From the human T2T-CHM13v2.0 reference genome, Homo sapiens: DNA of 64,000 bases. The stretch is from NCBI RefSeq assembly GCF_009914755.1, contig NC_060936.1. One strand, given 5' to 3'. The notes beneath the pieces are model-generated. The model was not told where the DNA came from and ran no database searches. It saw only the letters and a list, made by a program, of their open reading frames with translations. Each line of letters starts with the position of its first letter. Position 1 is the first letter of the stretch. Shown piece by piece: positions 59,781 to 64,000 of the stretch. Position numbers and translations under genes: made by a program.

Positions 59781-61832
59781 AAAAAATAGTCATTCATTTA
59801 TCACTTGTGCTAAGCGGAGTCAGTGGTCTTCAAGTACATAGTCTGCCAAATCCCACTGAATTACACCTCTTTTGAGAATGTTAGATCATACTAACATCCC
59901 CCAAAAGTGCACTGTGGTTTTGATGACACTCCAGTGGGTATGTCACTGGCCCTATTCCTGCTGCTGAAGTGTGCTTCCAAACTTGTGTGCCAGTTTCTTT
60001 TCTTGCACAAGAAAGTCTGGAACTTGGGAAGTCTATTCTGTGTGGTTATTGTATTTATTTGTTTTTTTGTCACCTTGTTTTTTCAAGTTGGCTATTCACT
60101 CATTCCCCTGCTGATCTATTATGTTCTCTATGAGATTGTCTTTATTGGTACTCATAGGTGGCACTTAGCACTCATATGGCACTTTTCATCTTGAAAGCAC
60201 TTTACAGACATTAGCTAATTAATTTTCACATCACAGCATGATAGGTAGGTAGGGAGCTAATCTAAGCATTTGAGCTATGGCGATGAAAGTTGTGTTACAA
60301 GTACAATAAATTACTTTTTATTATTCTTTGGAGGAGGAAGAGATGGTTATGTAATTTGTCCCAAATCACAAAAGGCATTTATATCAGAGTTGAAATTCAA
60401 GCCTAGTCTGATGAAGTTAGTCATATCACAGGCCCCCTTATGGGTTCTGATCAGCTTGCTCACAAAGATGGTATTATGGGAGGGAAACCAACCAGCTGGC
60501 TTTCCTTTCTCCTCTGCACAGGGAGCAACATTACTGGCACTTGAGCCCCTTTCTTCTTTCCTTTTGGAATGATGGCACTTATTGAGATGAACCTGCTGAG
60601 AAGTTTGAAAATATTTCAGAGAAGTCTCCAAGTTTATGAGGGAGAAGGAGGCTCTACTCCTTGAGAGGGCAAATATGGTTGGATTATAATTTGCTTTTGA
60701 AATCTAAGAGTGTTTCTAATTGGTACAATGAAAATATCACCCTTGCTTGGGAAGATGGGAAAATAGAAGGGGTAAAAATCCCTTGGCTTGGCTTTCATGA
60801 GTTTTACCATTAGGGACCTTAGAATGGAGAGGGAGGGCAGGAAGCACAGAACCCAAAAGTACTGGCCTTGAAATTTGCTCTTGTCCTAGCTTCCCTAGAG
60901 CTAATAGAGATTGCACAACTTCCCTAGATCTTGGGGATGCCAATCAGAGTCTCCAGAACTGATTTTAGAAAGGGGAGAATACTAGAAAATCTGATTATAA
61001 TGAAGAAAAGGAGCTTGGTCAGGATTCTCCAGAATTCTCCTTCCCAAAGAGTCCATGGATGGAACTCAGGCAGGGATGGGCTCTGAACCCCCAGGCATTC
61101 TCTTTTCAATGACATAATTGAAGGTAATTTGAGGATCAAATTATTGTAGGAAAATATTTGATTTCGTTTCCTGTGCCCTGAAATGCGGTCAAGACTTGCA
61201 ACTTTGAGACTGGAATTTGCTGGTTTTGGTGGTCGTGGTGTGGTGGTAGTGGAGGAAGAAGCCAGCAAGAACAAGTTCTGATGTTTGATCCATTTGGCAA
61301 TAGCTCTCCTCTGATAGTCAGATTTCCCGGGTCTCTATAATTTCCCATGGCAGTGGGTGTCAGTCTGAACACCTAAGCAGATGGCCTAAATCAGAGGGGA
61401 GATTTGACATTTAGCTGTTAATTCATTTTATGATATGGGCTGTCATGTATTATACATGAAGTAAATAAAAGTGATGGACTAATTATGGAAACGTGCACAG
61501 CTTTCTAATTACTCTTGGATTATATGTTTAATATTTTGAAGTATTCCAATTACAGGGAGATTTGTCACTGCAGAAAACATTTTTTTATTTATTTGTGGAA
61601 TTCCAACATCCTCTGCAGGGAATGGAAGCTCAGTTAATTTTTTTCTGTTAAGTTAATGAACATCCTAGATTTTTCAACACAACTGGGATTTTAAAAAAAA
61701 GGTTGAATCATATTTTAGACATATATTTTTGACAACCTATTTCACAGTTGAGTGGCCTCCCCCTCCCTATCTGGGATTCTGGCCCACTTTCAAATAGTAG
61801 ATCCACATTTGTTGTCATAAAAGGGCAATCTT

Positions 61833-62138
<306 letters not shown>

Positions 62139-63099
62139 TTAAAAACATCATTTCTGGTTAATTCAAGATCTGTAACTTGTTTTAGTCTATTAACTTTATC
62201 ATAGTTCTTTCAAGAGACATTTGATTGGTAGAGGAATGGATCAACACAGCAAAATGGTCTAACATTATCCAAAGGTCTAGTTAAAAATTATCTATTTAAA
62301 AGAAAAACAGAAGCAAATAAGTTCTTTAAAGTTTAAATTCACAGTTATGAGGAACACTGGCAATATTTGGAAACTACAGGGTTGTCTTACTTTGTGCCTA
62401 AATACAATAAAACTACCTTTTGTTTTGTTTTGAATTAATAAGCTAATTTATGCTAATTACATAAAAAGAGACATTTTTTCTCAATTGTATAAAAATTTGA
62501 AGTTTTATAAAGATGGAAATTTTTTGTTTGCTCTTTAGTTTAAGATAATTATTGTCTAATACAGAGCTCACAAATTTTATTTTGATCTTTTGCAAAGAGC
62601 CAGCTTCATACAATGGAGCATAGTAGCTTTATTACAAAAGCAAATGCTACGCATTTTATGGTTTGAGCATTATATTCATAAATAGTGACATTTGTTTCAT
62701 ATGCTTATCTCTAACCTCATTCCAAAAAAATCACTTGAGACAGCTTATATGAATAATAAACCAAAATAGGCAAATTACAAATGAGTAATTTTTTCAGAAA
62801 CAGGGAACCATAGAAATAGAAACTTAAAACTTGGGGAAGAGTTTGAACATAAAGAAGAGTACACAGTGGCCAAAGATAAGCCACAAATTGGCCCTACCTG
62901 TCTTGGTGTCCCAATGAAAAAGGGAAGCAAGATTAGTTCTTTAAGACAAATGATCTACAAGGAACAAACATATCTGTTCCTCAGGGCAAATAAAGCTTTG
63001 TTTCCTGCTAATTCAATTGTTTATATTAGTATAATATAATATTACTATATTAGTATACTTTTTTTGAAATAACTCTATTTTGTGTGTGTGTGTGTGTGT

Positions 63100-63570
63100 G
63101 ACTTTTGTTCTATCACAAAACCCAAGCGTGGTGACTTAAAATAACAAACACTTATTATTTCTCTCTATTCCATGGATTGACTGGGAGGTTCTTTTGGTCT
63201 GCGCTGGTTTGGCTGGGGCTGGATGGTCTAGGATGGTCTCACTGGGAATTCTGAAAGTAGTGGACCCTATGTCTGCATGCTCTGTCATCCTCCAGAAGGC
63301 TAATCCAGGCTGCTTCACATGGTGGCAGGAAGGTTCTGGGTAGCAAGAGAGAGCAAACTCCAATAAGCAAGCACTTTCCAAGTCTCTGCTTATATCATAT
63401 TTGCCAATGTCCTCTTGGCCAAAGTAAGGCACATGGCCAACACAGATTCAAGGAATGGAGAAAGACATTGTCCCTCTTGATGGCAAGCATTGCAAAGTCA
63501 CATTACAAAGGGACATGAATGGAGAGAGGAAAAGAATTTTTGTGGCTGTTTTTGCAAACAATCTGGCATA
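63100..63570 (-). mobile_element. MaLR LTR (MLT1H-like), preceded by (TG)n
   Basis: gtgacttaaaataacaaacac...ggctgcttcacatggtggc...ttggccaaagtaag...ccctcttgatgg. Confidence 0.75.
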
Positions 63571-64000
63571 ATTGGGAAGATTGGGAAACAATCTTTCTCT
63601 TCAGCATGCCCCATTGATCATTAAGGCTGAGCCTAGGCCTGGAATAGAGAAGAAGGACATTGTGTCAGCTATCAACTTGTTGCCTCTCGCCTGTAAATGC
63701 GCTCTTCTGTATATATGTTTTGTGATAACCAGTGAAATTCCTTTAAGCATTTCTTCTGAAAGTGAGCAGGATGGTAAGCTTTCTCAGCAGAGGGCACTGG
63801 AAGGACGCTGCATGGGACAGAGGATTCCTGCAATTTCTACCAGGCCTGGAGGTCAGCAGTGTGTGTATAAGGACACTCCATAGATCCTGTACTAACCACA
63901 GGTCTAGAACACACTCACTCTGTGACTTTGCCTTCTTGGCCTGGTAATAATTTTTCCTCAGCCCTCTTTATATGGAAACCAGAAACTTAACACAATCCAC

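Overview
Repeat-rich, AT-rich primate DNA, most likely human or another ape (Alu J/S/Y, L1PA3/4, LTR10). It looks intronic or intergenic, and I can support no host protein-coding exon or RNA gene. Main contents: (1) a dense cluster of ERV1/MER4-group LTRs at 5.1-18.7 kb, including nested insertions, an LTR10 with AP-1 tandem repeats and an internally deleted provirus with a primer-binding site; (2) a rearranged block at 22.3-28.3 kb, where an L2 appears circularly permuted, flanked by two ~270-290 bp local duplications and hairpin scars; (3) a MER45B-like hAT element and a complete Ricksha MULE carrying a captured ERVL LTR and a FLYWCH relic; (4) a near full-length, inactivated L1PA3/4 on the minus strand (44544-50724, 17-bp target-site duplication, TSD) whose antisense ORF0 is still open; (5) about 17 Alus plus MIR/L2/MLT/MER fragments and STRs. 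Repeat family names come from my recollection of consensus sequences, and identities are by-eye estimates; both need RepeatMasker/Dfam confirmation.
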